The translations under genes and the position numbers were made by a program. The notes under the pieces are model-generated. The model made no database searches. It worked only from the letters and a program-made list of their open reading frames with translations, and was not told the DNA's origin. Positions 18,086 through 28,712 of a stretch of DNA of 64,000 nucleotides are shown here, piece after piece. Origin of the DNA: Patescibacteria group bacterium (GTDB lineage Bacteria > Patescibacteriota > Minisyncoccia > UBA6257 > 2-01-FULL-56-20); NCBI GenBank assembly GCA_024654525.1, contig JANLHI010000030.1:80437-144436 (forward strand), given 5' to 3'. Within the stretch, counting starts at the first letter, position 1, and each line of letters opens with the position of its first letter.

Positions 18086-19522
18086 TTATTTTTGCTTTAT
18101 AGGCCAGAGAAATGGCCCGTATGGTGTATCTTCTACCCCGTATCCTAGCGCGTTCAGACGCTTGCGCAAGGTATCGGACTGGACAAACTGTTGATTACGG
18201 CGGAATGCGTGGTAATGCTTCTTTGCAACACTTATATGAAAGGGGATACGCATTCTTTTCCTGGCTGTTTCGATGAGGGAGAGCTGTAACACCTTATCGA
18301 ATTTTTTTGCGGTATCAAGGCGTTGTACAGGCGAGAGCTTGTCATCATAGAGGAGTGCATGGAGCGAGGCGAGAGCTTGTGGCGTATTAAGGTCGTCGCT
18401 TAGCGCAGTGAGAAATTTCTTTTCATAGTCATGACGTAGTATTTTCATTTTGCTTTGTCGTGCGTCGAATATGAGTCGCCCCACTTGTTTATAAAGATTT
18501 TGAAGTGATTGATTCGAAGACTCAAGGGCTTCCCAATGAAAGTTTAATTGAGAACGATAATGTGCACCGAGTATAAAATAGCGATATGCAAGTGGAGGCA
18601 ATGAGCGATCTTCTATTTTTCTAAGTGTTAAAAAATTTCCCAGGGATTTTCCCATTCTTTCGTTGTTGATTACGAGAAACTCTCCGTGAAGCCAGAAGTG
18701 AGCAAGTTCTTTGTTATATGCGCCTTCGGATTGCGCCATCTCGTTTGTGTGATGCACTGCAATATGATCAATACCTCCCGTGTGGATATCAAACGGTTGT
18801 TTTAAAAAATATTCCGATATGGCGGAGCATTCTATATGCCATCCGGGAAATCCTTTTTCCCATGGAGAATCCCATTGGAGGACGTGATTCTTGAATTTTC
18901 CGGTTATTTTGAACCACAGCGCAAAATCAGAAGGGTGTTTTTTTTCCGGATCTTTTACTACTTTTGCACGCACCGCAATTCGTTTTTCTTCAATTGGCTG
19001 GCGTGAGAGGCGGAGATATTTTTTTAAACCGTATCGTGTCACATCAAAATATACGGCATTTTTTGTTTCATACGCGAGTCCTTTTTCAAAAAGTTTCTGT
19101 ATGAGTTTTTGCTGTTCCGGAATAAATTTTGTCGCAGGAGCAATTATTTTCGGGATTTTAATATTGAGTTTTTTGATGTCGTTCAAGAATGCTTCCGTGT
19201 AGATGTGCGCCACTTCAAGTACGTCTTTCTTTTCTTTGTGTGCTTCCTGCTCCATTTTGTCTTCTCCCTCATCCGAGTCATTGGTCAGGTGTCCGACATC
19301 GGTGATATTCATCACTCTCTTTACGTTGAAACCCAAAAAAAGGAGAGTTCTCTCCAGGATATCTTCAAAAATATAAGTGCGGAGATTTCCAATATGGGCA
19401 AAGTTATATACCGTCGGGCCGCAAGTATAAAGACTAACCTTCGATTTATTGAGTGGCCGAAAATTCTCTTTCTGTCTTGAGAGAGTATTGTAGAGCTTGA
19501 GCTTCGTGGAAGGGGATCGCAT
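18086..19522 (-). CDS. cysS: cysteine--tRNA ligase
   Basis: 478 aa; class I HIGH-type motif (CGPTVYNFAHIGNLRTY) and KMGKSLGNF (KMSKS); DALR-like C-terminal region. Confidence 0.9.
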   Translation of the reverse strand: MRSPSTKLKLYNTLSRQKENFRPLNKSKVSLYTCGPTVYNFAHIGNLRTYIFEDILERTLLFLGFNVKRVMNITDVGHLTNDSDEGEDKMEQEAHKEKKDVLEVAHIYTEAFLNDIKKLNIKIPKIIAPATKFIPEQQKLIQKLFEKGLAYETKNAVYFDVTRYGLKKYLRLSRQPIEEKRIAVRAKVVKDPEKKHPSDFALWFKITGKFKNHVLQWDSPWEKGFPGWHIECSAISEYFLKQPFDIHTGGIDHIAVHHTNEMAQSEGAYNKELAHFWLHGEFLVINNERMGKSLGNFLTLRKIEDRSLPPLAYRYFILGAHYRSQLNFHWEALESSNQSLQNLYKQVGRLIFDARQSKMKILRHDYEKKFLTALSDDLNTPQALASLHALLYDDKLSPVQRLDTAKKFDKVLQLSLIETARKRMRIPFHISVAKKHYHAFRRNQQFVQSDTLRKRLNALGYGVEDTPYGPFLWPIKQK

Positions 19523-19540
19523 TTTTGTCGTGGAGACTCG

Positions 19541-20413
19541 TTAGAACCACTCTTTTCTTTTGAAGAAAAGCGCCAAAGAAACCATACCGATTGCAATAAG
19601 AGTTACGATAATCCAAAAGGATCCCGGGGTATTTATTATGGGAGTTCCGCGTGCGGGGATAGTGAGAAGCGCCGCAATCAGCATAAATGGGAATGTGAGA
19701 AATGAAAGAATGGTGAATGTCTTCATAACATTATTCACTTTTAAACCCATGAGTTGCGTGTTGGTGTCTTCAAAATCGTTTGTTGCTTCTCGGTAATTTT
19801 CCACTTGATTCACGATGCGTAGATGATCGCCGATCAGATCGTTTAAATATATCTCCGCGTCCTTATTCCAAAATTTAAGACCTCGAGAGAGAAGGGATTG
19901 TATTGTCGATTGTTGGAGGCGAACGATTATTCGGTATTCGGATACGTCTCGTTTAAGGTAGGAAATTTTTTCCAGAACTTCCTTCTCTTTATTTTTAAAA
20001 AGTTCTTTCCCAAGACTCTCTACTTTTTCGCGCACATGATGTAATTGTCGTTCCTGAAATTCGATGAGTGCCTGAAGTACGGTATATAATAATTTTAAAG
20101 AACTCTCTGCGGTATTCTCGGTTAATGAGTCGAGTGCATCTATCTTTTCCGAGTGAACCGCAATTACTGTGTCGCGTGTAATAATAAAATCTATTTCCGT
20201 TCGCGTGGTAGTGGCGCTTTTCGTATCATAAAGCGGAAAATAATATACAAGATACAGATAAGACTCATAATATTCCACACGCGCTCTTACGGTTGTGGTT
20301 TTGAGCTCCTGAAGTATCAAAGGATGAATTTGAAATTTTGCTTTCAAAAATTCAATATCTCGGTCTGTTGGGCGAAATATGCGAAGAAGTGATGCGGATT
20401 TTGTTTTTGCCAT
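19541..20413 (-). CDS. corA: magnesium/cobalt transporter CorA family protein
   Basis: 290 aa; the C-terminal NNVMKTFTILSFLTFPFMLIAAL plus two TM helices resemble the CorA pore region (GMN variant). Confidence 0.65.
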   Translation of the reverse strand: MAKTKSASLLRIFRPTDRDIEFLKAKFQIHPLILQELKTTTVRARVEYYESYLYLVYYFPLYDTKSATTTRTEIDFIITRDTVIAVHSEKIDALDSLTENTAESSLKLLYTVLQALIEFQERQLHHVREKVESLGKELFKNKEKEVLEKISYLKRDVSEYRIIVRLQQSTIQSLLSRGLKFWNKDAEIYLNDLIGDHLRIVNQVENYREATNDFEDTNTQLMGLKVNNVMKTFTILSFLTFPFMLIAALLTIPARGTPIINTPGSFWIIVTLIAIGMVSLALFFKRKEWF

Positions 20414-20491
20414 ATCTTAATAGTATAGACAAATACTTCTATAAATCCAAAGTATAGGATGTTTATCCTCTGGTGTTCGGTTCTGGCAATC

Positions 20492-20519
20492 TTGACACTA
20501 GACTGCTAAATGATATACT
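20492..20519 (+). promoter_or_regulatory. sigma-70-type promoter for the hrcA-grpE-dnaK-dnaJ cluster
   Basis: TTGACA (20492..20497), 16-nt spacer, TGaTATACT extended -10 (20511..20519); no CIRCE inverted repeat detected. Confidence 0.5.
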
Positions 20520-20551
20520 TTTTATATTACGTAATTGGTAATTTCAATTTT

Positions 20552-21232
20552 ATGACGCTTTCCGAGCGTGAAGCAAAAATATTGAGTGCTACGGTTGAAG
20601 CTTTTATAGAAAGCGGTGAGCCTGTAAGTTCTCAACAGTTATATGACCGTTATCGGTTTGGTATTAAGCCGGCAATGATTCGCCATGAACTTGAGGCGCT
20701 TGCCGAAGAGGGATATCTTGAGCAACCTTATCATTCCGCGGGGCGTGTTCCCTCGGATAAGGGATTTGATTTCTTTGCACGATGTGCACTCGTAGATTCA
20801 TGTTCCGAGACTCAACGCGCGCATGCGGATTTCAAGCGCCTTTTCGCAGAACGTGCATGGAACGAGTTTCTTTCCGAATTAACGGAAGATTTCGGGGTGA
20901 TGGGTGTGGTGGGAGATACGCGCGGAGAAGTGGTGAAAGAGGGACTTGATTATCTTGTCGATCATCTTGCATGGGAAACGCCCCAAGAGATTCGTCGCGT
21001 CATCCGAGATTTTTTTGAGGTGGACGAACGTCTTTTTTCCGCAATTGAGTCATGGAAAGGGGAACCGTTGCAGATATTTATAGGTCGCAAGAGTCCCGTT
21101 ACTAGAAGCGAAGGGCTTTCGGTGATAATGGGGCGTTATCAGTTATCGGATAATAATGTCACCTTGTGCGCCATAGGTCCCAAAAGGATGAACTACCGTC
21201 GAGTCATCCATGTGATGCGTAGCGTGGTATAA
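20552..21232 (+). CDS. hrcA: heat-inducible transcriptional repressor HrcA (short form)
   Basis: N-terminal wHTH (LSEREAKILSATVEAFIESGEPVSSQQL); the start was moved to 20552 because the ORF-track start at 20510 overlaps the -10 element. Confidence 0.75.
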   Translation: MTLSEREAKILSATVEAFIESGEPVSSQQLYDRYRFGIKPAMIRHELEALAEEGYLEQPYHSAGRVPSDKGFDFFARCALVDSCSETQRAHADFKRLFAERAWNEFLSELTEDFGVMGVVGDTRGEVVKEGLDYLVDHLAWETPQEIRRVIRDFFEVDERLFSAIESWKGEPLQIFIGRKSPVTRSEGLSVIMGRYQLSDNNVTLCAIGPKRMNYRRVIHVMRSVV

Positions 21233-21253
21233 ATAAATAACCATATTGCAATC

Positions 21254-21796
21254 ATGTCTGACGATATACAAAAAAACGAATCCGAAGAAGTCGGTGATGC
21301 GCCGAAAAATAATGAAAGTGCAACCACTGAAGGCGAAGAGAATGATCTTCAAAAATGCGAGCGCGAGCGTGATGAATATCTTTCGGGGTGGCAACGTGCA
21401 AAGGCGGATTTTATCAATTATAAAAAAGACGAGATGAGAAGATTCGAAGAAATCGCAAAATATGCGAATACTGCGTTGCTTATGGATCTTATTCCCGTTC
21501 TCGACAGTTTTGACCTCGGAATCCGCGCACTTGAGAAGGCGGGGCAAGTAGAAAAGGGAGTATATATGATTAAAGCGAGTTTAGAAGATACATTGCGAAG
21601 AAGGGGGTTAGAGAGAGTGGTGAGTGTGAAGAGGTCGCTGTTTGATCCCGGAAGCGCAGAAGTAGTTAGCGAGGTAGAATCTGAAGAACCACCAGGAACA
21701 ATTATTGAGGAAATCGAGCCCGCATATCGTTTGCATGATAAAATTATCCGACCGGCGCGAGTAAAAGTGAGTAAGGGGAAGGAAGGGAGTCAGTAA
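21254..21796 (+). CDS. grpE: nucleotide exchange factor GrpE
   Basis: 180 aa; the GrpE core (RAKADFINYKKD..., LLMDLIPVLDSFDLG) plus synteny with dnaK. Confidence 0.85.
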   Translation: MSDDIQKNESEEVGDAPKNNESATTEGEENDLQKCERERDEYLSGWQRAKADFINYKKDEMRRFEEIAKYANTALLMDLIPVLDSFDLGIRALEKAGQVEKGVYMIKASLEDTLRRRGLERVVSVKRSLFDPGSAEVVSEVESEEPPGTIIEEIEPAYRLHDKIIRPARVKVSKGKEGSQ

Positions 21797-21821
21797 TCAT
21801 TAATTAATAATTTATTATCAA

Positions 21822-23675
21822 ATGTCTAAAATTATAGGAATTGATCTTGGGACAACAAATTCAGCGGTAGCAGTGATGGAAGGAGGTGAACCGCGCGTTC
21901 TTGAAAGCGCAGAGGGAAACCGTACCACTCCTTCAATTGCGGCAATAAGTAAATCGGGAGAGCGTCTTGTGGGGCTTCTTGCGAAGCGCCAAGCGATTAC
22001 TAATCCGAAAAATACAATTTCTTCCGTGAAGCGTCTTGTGGGAAGAAAGTTCTCGGATGAGGAAGTGTCAAAAGATCATGATTGGCTTCCGTATGAAGTG
22101 CAAGCGTCTTCTTCGGGCGGAGTGGAAGTAAAGATGGGAGAAAAATGGTATAGCCCGGAAGAGGTGTCATCCTTTATTCTTGGGAAAATAAAAGCAGATG
22201 CCGAAGCAAAGCTCGGAGAAAAAATTGAGGAGGCGGTGATTACCGTGCCCGCATACTTCGACGACTCTCAGCGACAAGCGACAAAAAATGCGGGAGAAAT
22301 TGCAGGGCTTAAAGTAAGGCGTATTTTGAACGAGCCCACCGCGGCCGCGCTTGCCTACGGACTTAATAAACAAAAAAATGAAAAAATAGTGGTATATGAC
22401 TTTGGCGGCGGTACATTCGACATTTCCGTATTAGAAGTCGGAGATAACACGGTGGAAGTGAAAGCGACAGGAGGAGACACTCATCTTGGAGGGGATGATT
22501 TCGATAAACGTTTGATTGAATATCTTGTGGCTGAGTATAAAAAAATAGAAGGAGTTGATATTTCGAAAGATCCGCTTGCATTGCAACGTCTCAAAGAAGC
22601 TGCGGAGCGTGCGAAGCATGAATTATCTACCGCACTTGAGACCGAGGTGAATCTTCCTTATGTAAGTTCCGACGCATCCGGGCCAAAGCATTTTCTTATG
22701 AAAATAACGCGTGCGAAGCTCGAGGATCTTGTACGTGATTATATAGAACATTCCATTGAACTTACGCGAGAGACTGTTACCGCGGTGGCTCCGAAGGGGG
22801 CTGGGTTTTCGTTGAACGAAATAAACGAAGTGGTGCTTGTTGGTGGACAAACTCGTATGCCGGCGATTCAAGAAGCGGTACAAAAACTTTTTGGTAAGGA
22901 ACCTCATAAAGGAATCAATCCCGATGAAGTCGTGGCAATTGGTGCGGCGGTGCAAGCAGGAATTCTTCAAGGAGATGTAAAGGATATTTTATTGCTTGAT
23001 GTGACTCCATTGACGCTTGCCATTGAAACGCTTGGGAGTGTTGCAACTCCGATGATTCCAAAAAACACTACGGTACCCACTGCAAAGACTCAAGTGTTTT
23101 CCACTGCGGCTGACAGTCAAACTTCGGTGGAGGTTCATGTAGTGCAGGGAGAGCGTCCTATGGCAACAGACAATAAGACGCTTGCGCGGTTTATGCTCGA
23201 TGGAATTCCTCCTGCTCCTCGAGGTATGCCACAGGTAGAGGTGTCGTTTGATATTGATGCGAACGGAATTCTGAATGTAAGTGCAAAAGACAAGGCCAGT
23301 GGGAAATCTCAATCCGTAAAAATTCAGGCTTCAACGAATCTCTCGAAAGATGAAGTGGAGCGTCTCAAAAAAGAAGCGCTCGAGCATGCGTCCGAGGATG
23401 AAGCGAAAAAGGATTCCGTTGAAACTAAAAATCATGCGGAAAGCACGGTATATATGGCCGAGAAGGCTCTTCGTGACGGAGGAGACAAAGTTCCTGCTGA
23501 AATAAAGACCGGAGTACAAGAAAAAATTGATGCACTGAAAAGTGTGAAGGATGGTGAAGATATTCAAGCAATTAAGACTGCGCTCGATGCGTTGTCCGCG
23601 GAAGTTCAAAAAATAGGACAAGCGTTCTATAATGATAAGAAAGATGATTCGGGATCTGAGCAACCTAAAGCGTGA
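21822..23675 (+). CDS. dnaK: molecular chaperone DnaK (Hsp70)
   Basis: 617 aa; [24 protein letters not shown] and the other Hsp70 signatures. Confidence 0.95.
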   Translation: MSKIIGIDLGTTNSAVAVMEGGEPRVLESAEGNRTTPSIAAISKSGERLVGLLAKRQAITNPKNTISSVKRLVGRKFSDEEVSKDHDWLPYEVQASSSGGVEVKMGEKWYSPEEVSSFILGKIKADAEAKLGEKIEEAVITVPAYFDDSQRQATKNAGEIAGLKVRRILNEPTAAALAYGLNKQKNEKIVVYDFGGGTFDISVLEVGDNTVEVKATGGDTHLGGDDFDKRLIEYLVAEYKKIEGVDISKDPLALQRLKEAAERAKHELSTALETEVNLPYVSSDASGPKHFLMKITRAKLEDLVRDYIEHSIELTRETVTAVAPKGAGFSLNEINEVVLVGGQTRMPAIQEAVQKLFGKEPHKGINPDEVVAIGAAVQAGILQGDVKDILLLDVTPLTLAIETLGSVATPMIPKNTTVPTAKTQVFSTAADSQTSVEVHVVQGERPMATDNKTLARFMLDGIPPAPRGMPQVEVSFDIDANGILNVSAKDKASGKSQSVKIQASTNLSKDEVERLKKEALEHASEDEAKKDSVETKNHAESTVYMAEKALRDGGDKVPAEIKTGVQEKIDALKSVKDGEDIQAIKTALDALSAEVQKIGQAFYNDKKDDSGSEQPKA

Positions 23676-24669
23676 GGAAACACAAAATTTTGCGACACAG
23701 CTTCCTGTGGAGCGTACTCGGGAACCAAGCGGTTTTTATGTTGCTTTGGCGCTCGATGTACTTACGGTCGCATGCGCGCTTTGGATAGGACTTTCATATC
23801 GAACATTTCTTGATGTGGGCACCGGCTGGGCGGGGATTCTCCTTTCAGGAGGAGGTTTTTCGGTATGTCTGGCGCTCGGACTTTACCTTACAAAAAGCAT
23901 CACTCGAAGAATACTTGTTATTCTTGGTTCGGTGGCGGGACTTTTTCTTTTTACTGCTTCCTCAATAAATTATGCGTATGCCGGTTCAGCGGCATTCATA
24001 GTTTTCTTTCTTATTTTATGGGGAGAGGCGGCAAGTCGTGCGCATATTGCCAATGGAATCGAAGTGCGCGTCATGCAAGGAGTGAGACCTCTTCTTGCAA
24101 AATCCACCACTGCACTTATCGTCGCGGGCCTTTTGCTCTATATTCCTTACTGGAGTCCCGCAGGGTCATTTTTCTCTCAAGGATCATTCAATGGAATTTT
24201 TCAGTCTACTGGAGAAGCGTTGCATCGGTTCTATGGAGAAATTGATTTTGTAGGGACATTTGATTCGTTTACCACAAGTATTGCGCGGCATAGCCTTTTA
24301 TCCGCTCCTGATTTTCGGAGGCTTCCGACTATCGAGCAGGAAGCGACCGTGCGTAATCTTGCGGTTACCGTGAAAGAAAATCTTTCAAATGCGCTCGTAA
24401 TTTCTCCGGAAGAAGCGGAAAGTCCTATGCATGTTATTTGGTACAAAGTGATTTTACAATCTCTTGCATGGCTTGAAGATAAATTCGGAGTTTGGTTTAT
24501 CGCGATATGGCTTCTTTCCCTCTTCGGAATATTGAGAGGTATCGGCGTGCTATTCTATTGGTGTGCCGGACTTATTACTATGCTTTTTTTCCAAACACTT
24601 CTTGTGACAAAAGTGATAACTACTAAAGGAGAAACGTGTACGCGCGAGGTAGTCGAATATGTTCAATAA
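23632..24669 (+). CDS. hypothetical polytopic membrane protein (overlaps the dnaK 3' end by 44 nt)
   Basis: 345 aa with at least seven predicted TM helices; the start codon is uncertain. Confidence 0.4.
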   Translation: MIRKMIRDLSNLKREETQNFATQLPVERTREPSGFYVALALDVLTVACALWIGLSYRTFLDVGTGWAGILLSGGGFSVCLALGLYLTKSITRRILVILGSVAGLFLFTASSINYAYAGSAAFIVFFLILWGEAASRAHIANGIEVRVMQGVRPLLAKSTTALIVAGLLLYIPYWSPAGSFFSQGSFNGIFQSTGEALHRFYGEIDFVGTFDSFTTSIARHSLLSAPDFRRLPTIEQEATVRNLAVTVKENLSNALVISPEEAESPMHVIWYKVILQSLAWLEDKFGVWFIAIWLLSLFGILRGIGVLFYWCAGLITMLFFQTLLVTKVITTKGETCTREVVEYVQ

Positions 24670-24678
24670 CCACATACT

Positions 24679-25761
24679 ATGAATTCGAAAGATTATTATC
24701 AAGTTCTTGGAGTTGCACGCGGCGCAAGTGAAGATGAAATAAAAAAAGCGTATCGGCGTCTTGCGCACCAACATCATCCCGATAAAACAGGTGGGAGCGA
24801 AGACAGATTTAAAGAAATAAACGAGGCATATCAGGTGTTGTCGGATAAGAAAAAACGTGAATCTTATGATCGTTTTGGAACCGCAGATCCCACGCAAGGG
24901 TTTGGAGGGGGAGTTTCGTGGGAGGGTTTTAGCGGTTTTGATGCGCAGGGATTTGGTGATATGGGAGACCTTGGCGATGTATTCGAAACTCTTTTTGAAA
25001 ATTTTGGAGGGCGTCCCAGAAGGCGGACATATTCGCATGGTTCTGACTTGGAGGTTAAGGAAGAAATTGAATTAAAAGATTCACTTCGCGGGACGGTAAG
25101 GCATCTTCGTTTTGCGACTTTCAGTACATGTGAAACATGTAAGGGGAAGGGTGCGGACAGTGACGCGGGTTTTTCTCAATGTGGCGCATGTGGCGGACGC
25201 GGAGAGGTTCGTGTGGATAAACGCACTTTTTTCGGAAGTTTCTCGCAAGTAAAAGCATGTACCCAGTGCCATGGATCGGGGCAAATTCCGAATAAAATAT
25301 GCCGTTCTTGCGAAGGGAATGGGAGAAAAACGGCAACTCGAGAAGTGGACGTAGAGATACTTCCTGGAATTGAAGATAATCAGCTTATCAAAGTGAAGGG
25401 GATGGGAGAGGCGGGAGAGCGAGGAAGTGCTTCGGGAGATTTATATATACGGATACGTATCAAGCCTCATGCAATATTTGAGCGTCGTGGTAATGATCTT
25501 GTGATGAAGTATGAGTTAAAGTTGTCGGATTTATTTTTGGGGAAAAAGATTAGTATCTCGACTCTTGGCGGAAACGACGTATCGATTGAAATTCCTGCAC
25601 ATTTTAATCTTAAGGACTTATTCCATATTCCCGGAGAAGGAATGCCTCGCTTTGGTTCTCGCGGGCGCGGTGATTTGTTGGTGGATTTTATTTTGAAAGC
25701 GCCGAAGAAATTAAGTACTAAGGCGCGTAAGACACTCGAAGATATCAGTGGGGAACTTTGA
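24679..25761 (+). CDS. dnaJ: molecular chaperone DnaJ
   Basis: J-domain (DYYQVLGV...HPDK) and four CxxCxGxG zinc-finger repeats. Confidence 0.9.
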   Translation: MNSKDYYQVLGVARGASEDEIKKAYRRLAHQHHPDKTGGSEDRFKEINEAYQVLSDKKKRESYDRFGTADPTQGFGGGVSWEGFSGFDAQGFGDMGDLGDVFETLFENFGGRPRRRTYSHGSDLEVKEEIELKDSLRGTVRHLRFATFSTCETCKGKGADSDAGFSQCGACGGRGEVRVDKRTFFGSFSQVKACTQCHGSGQIPNKICRSCEGNGRKTATREVDVEILPGIEDNQLIKVKGMGEAGERGSASGDLYIRIRIKPHAIFERRGNDLVMKYELKLSDLFLGKKISISTLGGNDVSIEIPAHFNLKDLFHIPGEGMPRFGSRGRGDLLVDFILKAPKKLSTKARKTLEDISGEL

Positions 25762-25822
25762 CGAAGAGGTTTGAGTGTTGTAATTTATTTGTTAACGGGT
25801 GAATATCTGAATAGATTAATTT

Positions 25823-25895
25823 GCCTCGCTAGCTCAATTGGCAGAGCAGCTCCCTCTTAAGGAGACGGTTGTAGGTTCAAGTCCTACGCGAGGCA
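25823..25895 (+). tRNA. tRNA-Lys (anticodon CTT)
   Basis: Cloverleaf folded by hand: 7-bp acceptor stem, D stem gctc/gagc, anticodon loop cTCTTaa with U33 and A37, T loop TTCAAGT. Confidence 0.8.
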
Positions 25896-25950
25896 CCGGC
25901 GGTGTTGTGATAATACGTACCGCAGTTGTAGGATTTGTTTAGGAGATATG

Positions 25951-26024
25951 GCCCCCATAGCTTAGTGGCAAAGCAGCTGCCTTTTAAGCAGTTGATCTAG
26001 GTCCGATTCCTAGTGGGGGCACCA
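25951..26024 (+). tRNA. tRNA-Lys (anticodon TTT), with encoded CCA
   Basis: Acceptor gcccccA/tgggggc, anticodon stem gctgc/gcagt, loop cTTTTaa, T arm ctagg-tccgatt-cctag, 3' end ...gcACCA. Confidence 0.8.
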
Positions 26025-26198
26025 AAATCTGACTTTTTGCAACAATGCCAATTTTTTCCGTGGACGCGCAAAGCGTGCGGATTAGTCCGTTTATTGTTCG
26101 AAAAAGATTCGAGCTTGGTGCAATATGTAAGTAATCTTTGTGATATACTTGGCGAAGTACGGAGACAATAATATTATATTCAGAGGAAGGAGAATGAT

Positions 26199-26432
26199 AT
26201 GAGTATGAGAACTGAGTTCACCGCGGTGAAACATCGCGGTGGTGTTGGATGGAATACGGACGAAATAAGCCGAGTGAGAGGGACATTTAATGGAGTGTAT
26301 TGGAACGTGGATCATCCCGATACGATTGTCATTGCGGAGAATTGCAGTCGAGCATGGAGTAAGTGTGGAGTCCGGGCAGACGTATCTTTACGCGTAGTCA
26401 ATCGAGACGAACTTCCTTTCTCTGTTGCCTAG
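26199..26432 (+). CDS. hypothetical small protein (77 aa)
   Basis: Strong SD (ggaaggag) 7 nt upstream of the ATG; followed by a perfect 11-bp hairpin (catcactagcg...cgctagtgatg) at 26447..26475. Confidence 0.4.
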   Translation: MSMRTEFTAVKHRGGVGWNTDEISRVRGTFNGVYWNVDHPDTIVIAENCSRAWSKCGVRADVSLRVVNRDELPFSVA

Positions 26433-26514
26433 AAGTTTTTCTCACCGCCATCACTAGCGCCAATGCCGCTAGTGATGTTGCATTTTCCACTTATTCTGTT
26501 AAAATATTTTTCAA

Positions 26515-27753
26515 ATGCGCAGATCTGGACTGACTTTATTTCTTATCATCCTTGTCACGATTGTGGCGGGTATTTTTGTTTACCCGAAAGGATTTGGTGC
26601 AGAATGGAGACCGTGGCGCTTAGGTTTGGATCTAGTGGGAGGGAGTCACCTTATCTACGAGGTTGATTTAAGCAATGTTCAAGAAAAAGACCGCGACGCG
26701 GTGACAAATGGTTTGAGGGATGTGATTGAACGGCGAGTGAACCTTTTTGGGGTGGGGGAGCCGCAAATATTCGTAGCGCATCAAGGTGATCATACTCAGC
26801 TTATTGTAGAGCTTGCGGGTATTCAGGATATAAGTGTTGCAATTCAGCAGATTGGAGAAACGCCACTTCTTGATTTTCGGGAGGTTGAAGACAATGCAAC
26901 AAGCACTACATTTATTCCCACTAATCTTACGGGGCGATATGTGACCGGAGCCGAACTTTCTTTCGGTTCGACTGCACAAATTCCCGAAGTTGCAATAGCG
27001 TTTTCGGAAGAAGGAGGAAAAATATTTGAATTACTCACCGAAAATAACATAGGGAAACCAGTCGCTATTTTTCTCGATAATGCGCTTGTGGAAATGCCGA
27101 CCGTGCAGCAAAAAATTTCGGGAGGACATGCGGTTATTACGGGAAGTTTTACTATCCAAGAGGCTCAAAAGCTCGTAGAACGCTTCAATGCGGGAGCTCT
27201 TCCTGCGCCGATTACTCTTATTAATCAACAGACAATCAGTCCAAATCTTGGGGCGGATTCACTTAAAAAAGTTGTGGGTGCGGGTATTATTGGCACTTTG
27301 CTTGTGATGATTTTTATGATTCTCTATTATCGCTTCCTTGGTGTATTCGCTTCGCTTGCACTTCTTATCTATATTGTGCTTACGCTGGCAATTTTCAAAA
27401 TAGTTCCGATTACGCTTACGCTGGCGGGTTTTGCGGGATTTATACTTACTATCGGTATGGCGGTTGATGCGAATATTCTCATATTTGAAAGAATGAAAGA
27501 AGAGGTGAAGCGCGGTATTTCAAGGACTGCGGCACAAACTGAAGGATTTCGACGTGCATGGCCTTCGATCCGCGATTCCAATACTTCCACAATTATTACT
27601 GCGGTTATTCTTTATTTCTTCACCTCAAGCTTCGTGCAGGGTTTTGCACTTACGTTACTCATCGGTGTACTCGTGAGTATGTTTTCTGCAATTACCACAA
27701 CCCGTTATTTCTTGCACGTATTTCTCAAAGAAAAAAAGCGTCCCCTATCATAA
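26515..27753 (+). CDS. secD: protein translocase subunit SecD
   Basis: 412 aa; N-terminal TM helix, the periplasmic domain (LGLDLVGGSHLIYEVD) and a six-TM C-terminal region. Confidence 0.9.
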   Translation: MRRSGLTLFLIILVTIVAGIFVYPKGFGAEWRPWRLGLDLVGGSHLIYEVDLSNVQEKDRDAVTNGLRDVIERRVNLFGVGEPQIFVAHQGDHTQLIVELAGIQDISVAIQQIGETPLLDFREVEDNATSTTFIPTNLTGRYVTGAELSFGSTAQIPEVAIAFSEEGGKIFELLTENNIGKPVAIFLDNALVEMPTVQQKISGGHAVITGSFTIQEAQKLVERFNAGALPAPITLINQQTISPNLGADSLKKVVGAGIIGTLLVMIFMILYYRFLGVFASLALLIYIVLTLAIFKIVPITLTLAGFAGFILTIGMAVDANILIFERMKEEVKRGISRTAAQTEGFRRAWPSIRDSNTSTIITAVILYFFTSSFVQGFALTLLIGVLVSMFSAITTTRYFLHVFLKEKKRPLS

Positions 27754-27765
27754 TATTTTTGTCTC

Positions 27766-28662
27766 ATGCTTAATATTGTAGAAAATAGAAAAATATATTT
27801 TGCCATTTCCGCTCTCACCGTGGGGGTGGCAATTATGGCAATATCCGTATACGGGTTTAAGGAGGGTATTGATTTTCGAGGAGGAACATTATGGCAATTC
27901 AGTATTTCGGAACACACACCCGCGACTGCCGCGCTTGAAGCACGCATGAAGAATGTATTGTCTCTTGACGAGCTCAAGATGAATCGCAATGCCGAGGGAG
28001 GATTCCTTGCTCGTTTCAATTCCATTTCTGAGAGCCAACATCAAACTTTTCTTACGACGCTTAAAAACGACTATCCCACATTTGAAGAGCTGAGTTTTTC
28101 TTCTATAGGTCCCTCGGTGGGGGAGGAGTTGCGACAAAAAGCTTTTATCGCAATGATTCTTGTGTTGATTGGTATTTCGCTCTATATCGCGCATGCATTT
28201 CGGAAAGCATCATATCCGGTAAGTTCTTGGAAATATGGATGGGTAACGCTCCTCACTCTTTTTCATGATGTGGCGATCCCCGCGGGTTTACTCGCATATC
28301 TTGGAAAACATTATGGCGTTGAAATTGACGGGAATTTCGTAGTCGCATTGCTCGTGGTAGTGGGATTCTCGGTGCACGACACAATCGTGGTATTCGATCG
28401 AATACGTGAAAATGTGGTGCTTCGTGGGCACAAGGAAAATTTCAATATTGTGGTGAACGACAGCGTAAATCAAACTCTTGCTCGTTCCATAAACACTTCT
28501 TTCACTCTTATTTTAGTTCTTCTCGCGCTGTATTTTTCAGGACCCGAGACTTTGCATTACTTTATTCTTACATTACTCGTGGGAGTTACTACCGGAATAT
28601 ACTCGTCTATTTTTATTGCCAGTCCACTCCTTATTTTCTTTCGTGGGAAAGGGCAAACTTGA
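27766..28662 (+). CDS. secF: protein translocase subunit SecF
   Basis: 298 aa; SecF TM topology with GIDFRGG; adjacent to secD. Confidence 0.9.
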   Translation: MLNIVENRKIYFAISALTVGVAIMAISVYGFKEGIDFRGGTLWQFSISEHTPATAALEARMKNVLSLDELKMNRNAEGGFLARFNSISESQHQTFLTTLKNDYPTFEELSFSSIGPSVGEELRQKAFIAMILVLIGISLYIAHAFRKASYPVSSWKYGWVTLLTLFHDVAIPAGLLAYLGKHYGVEIDGNFVVALLVVVGFSVHDTIVVFDRIRENVVLRGHKENFNIVVNDSVNQTLARSINTSFTLILVLLALYFSGPETLHYFILTLLVGVTTGIYSSIFIASPLLIFFRGKGQT

Positions 28663-28712
28663 CGAAATAGGGTATTATATTTTATAATGATTTCTATAGG
28701 TTTGACGATGCA

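Noticed and set aside
20400-21830. CIRCE operator (TTAGCACTC-N9-GAGTGCTAA) upstream of hrcA, grpE or dnaK
   Set aside because: No match, even allowing two mismatches per arm, in the inspected upstream regions. Only a sigma-70-like promoter was found.
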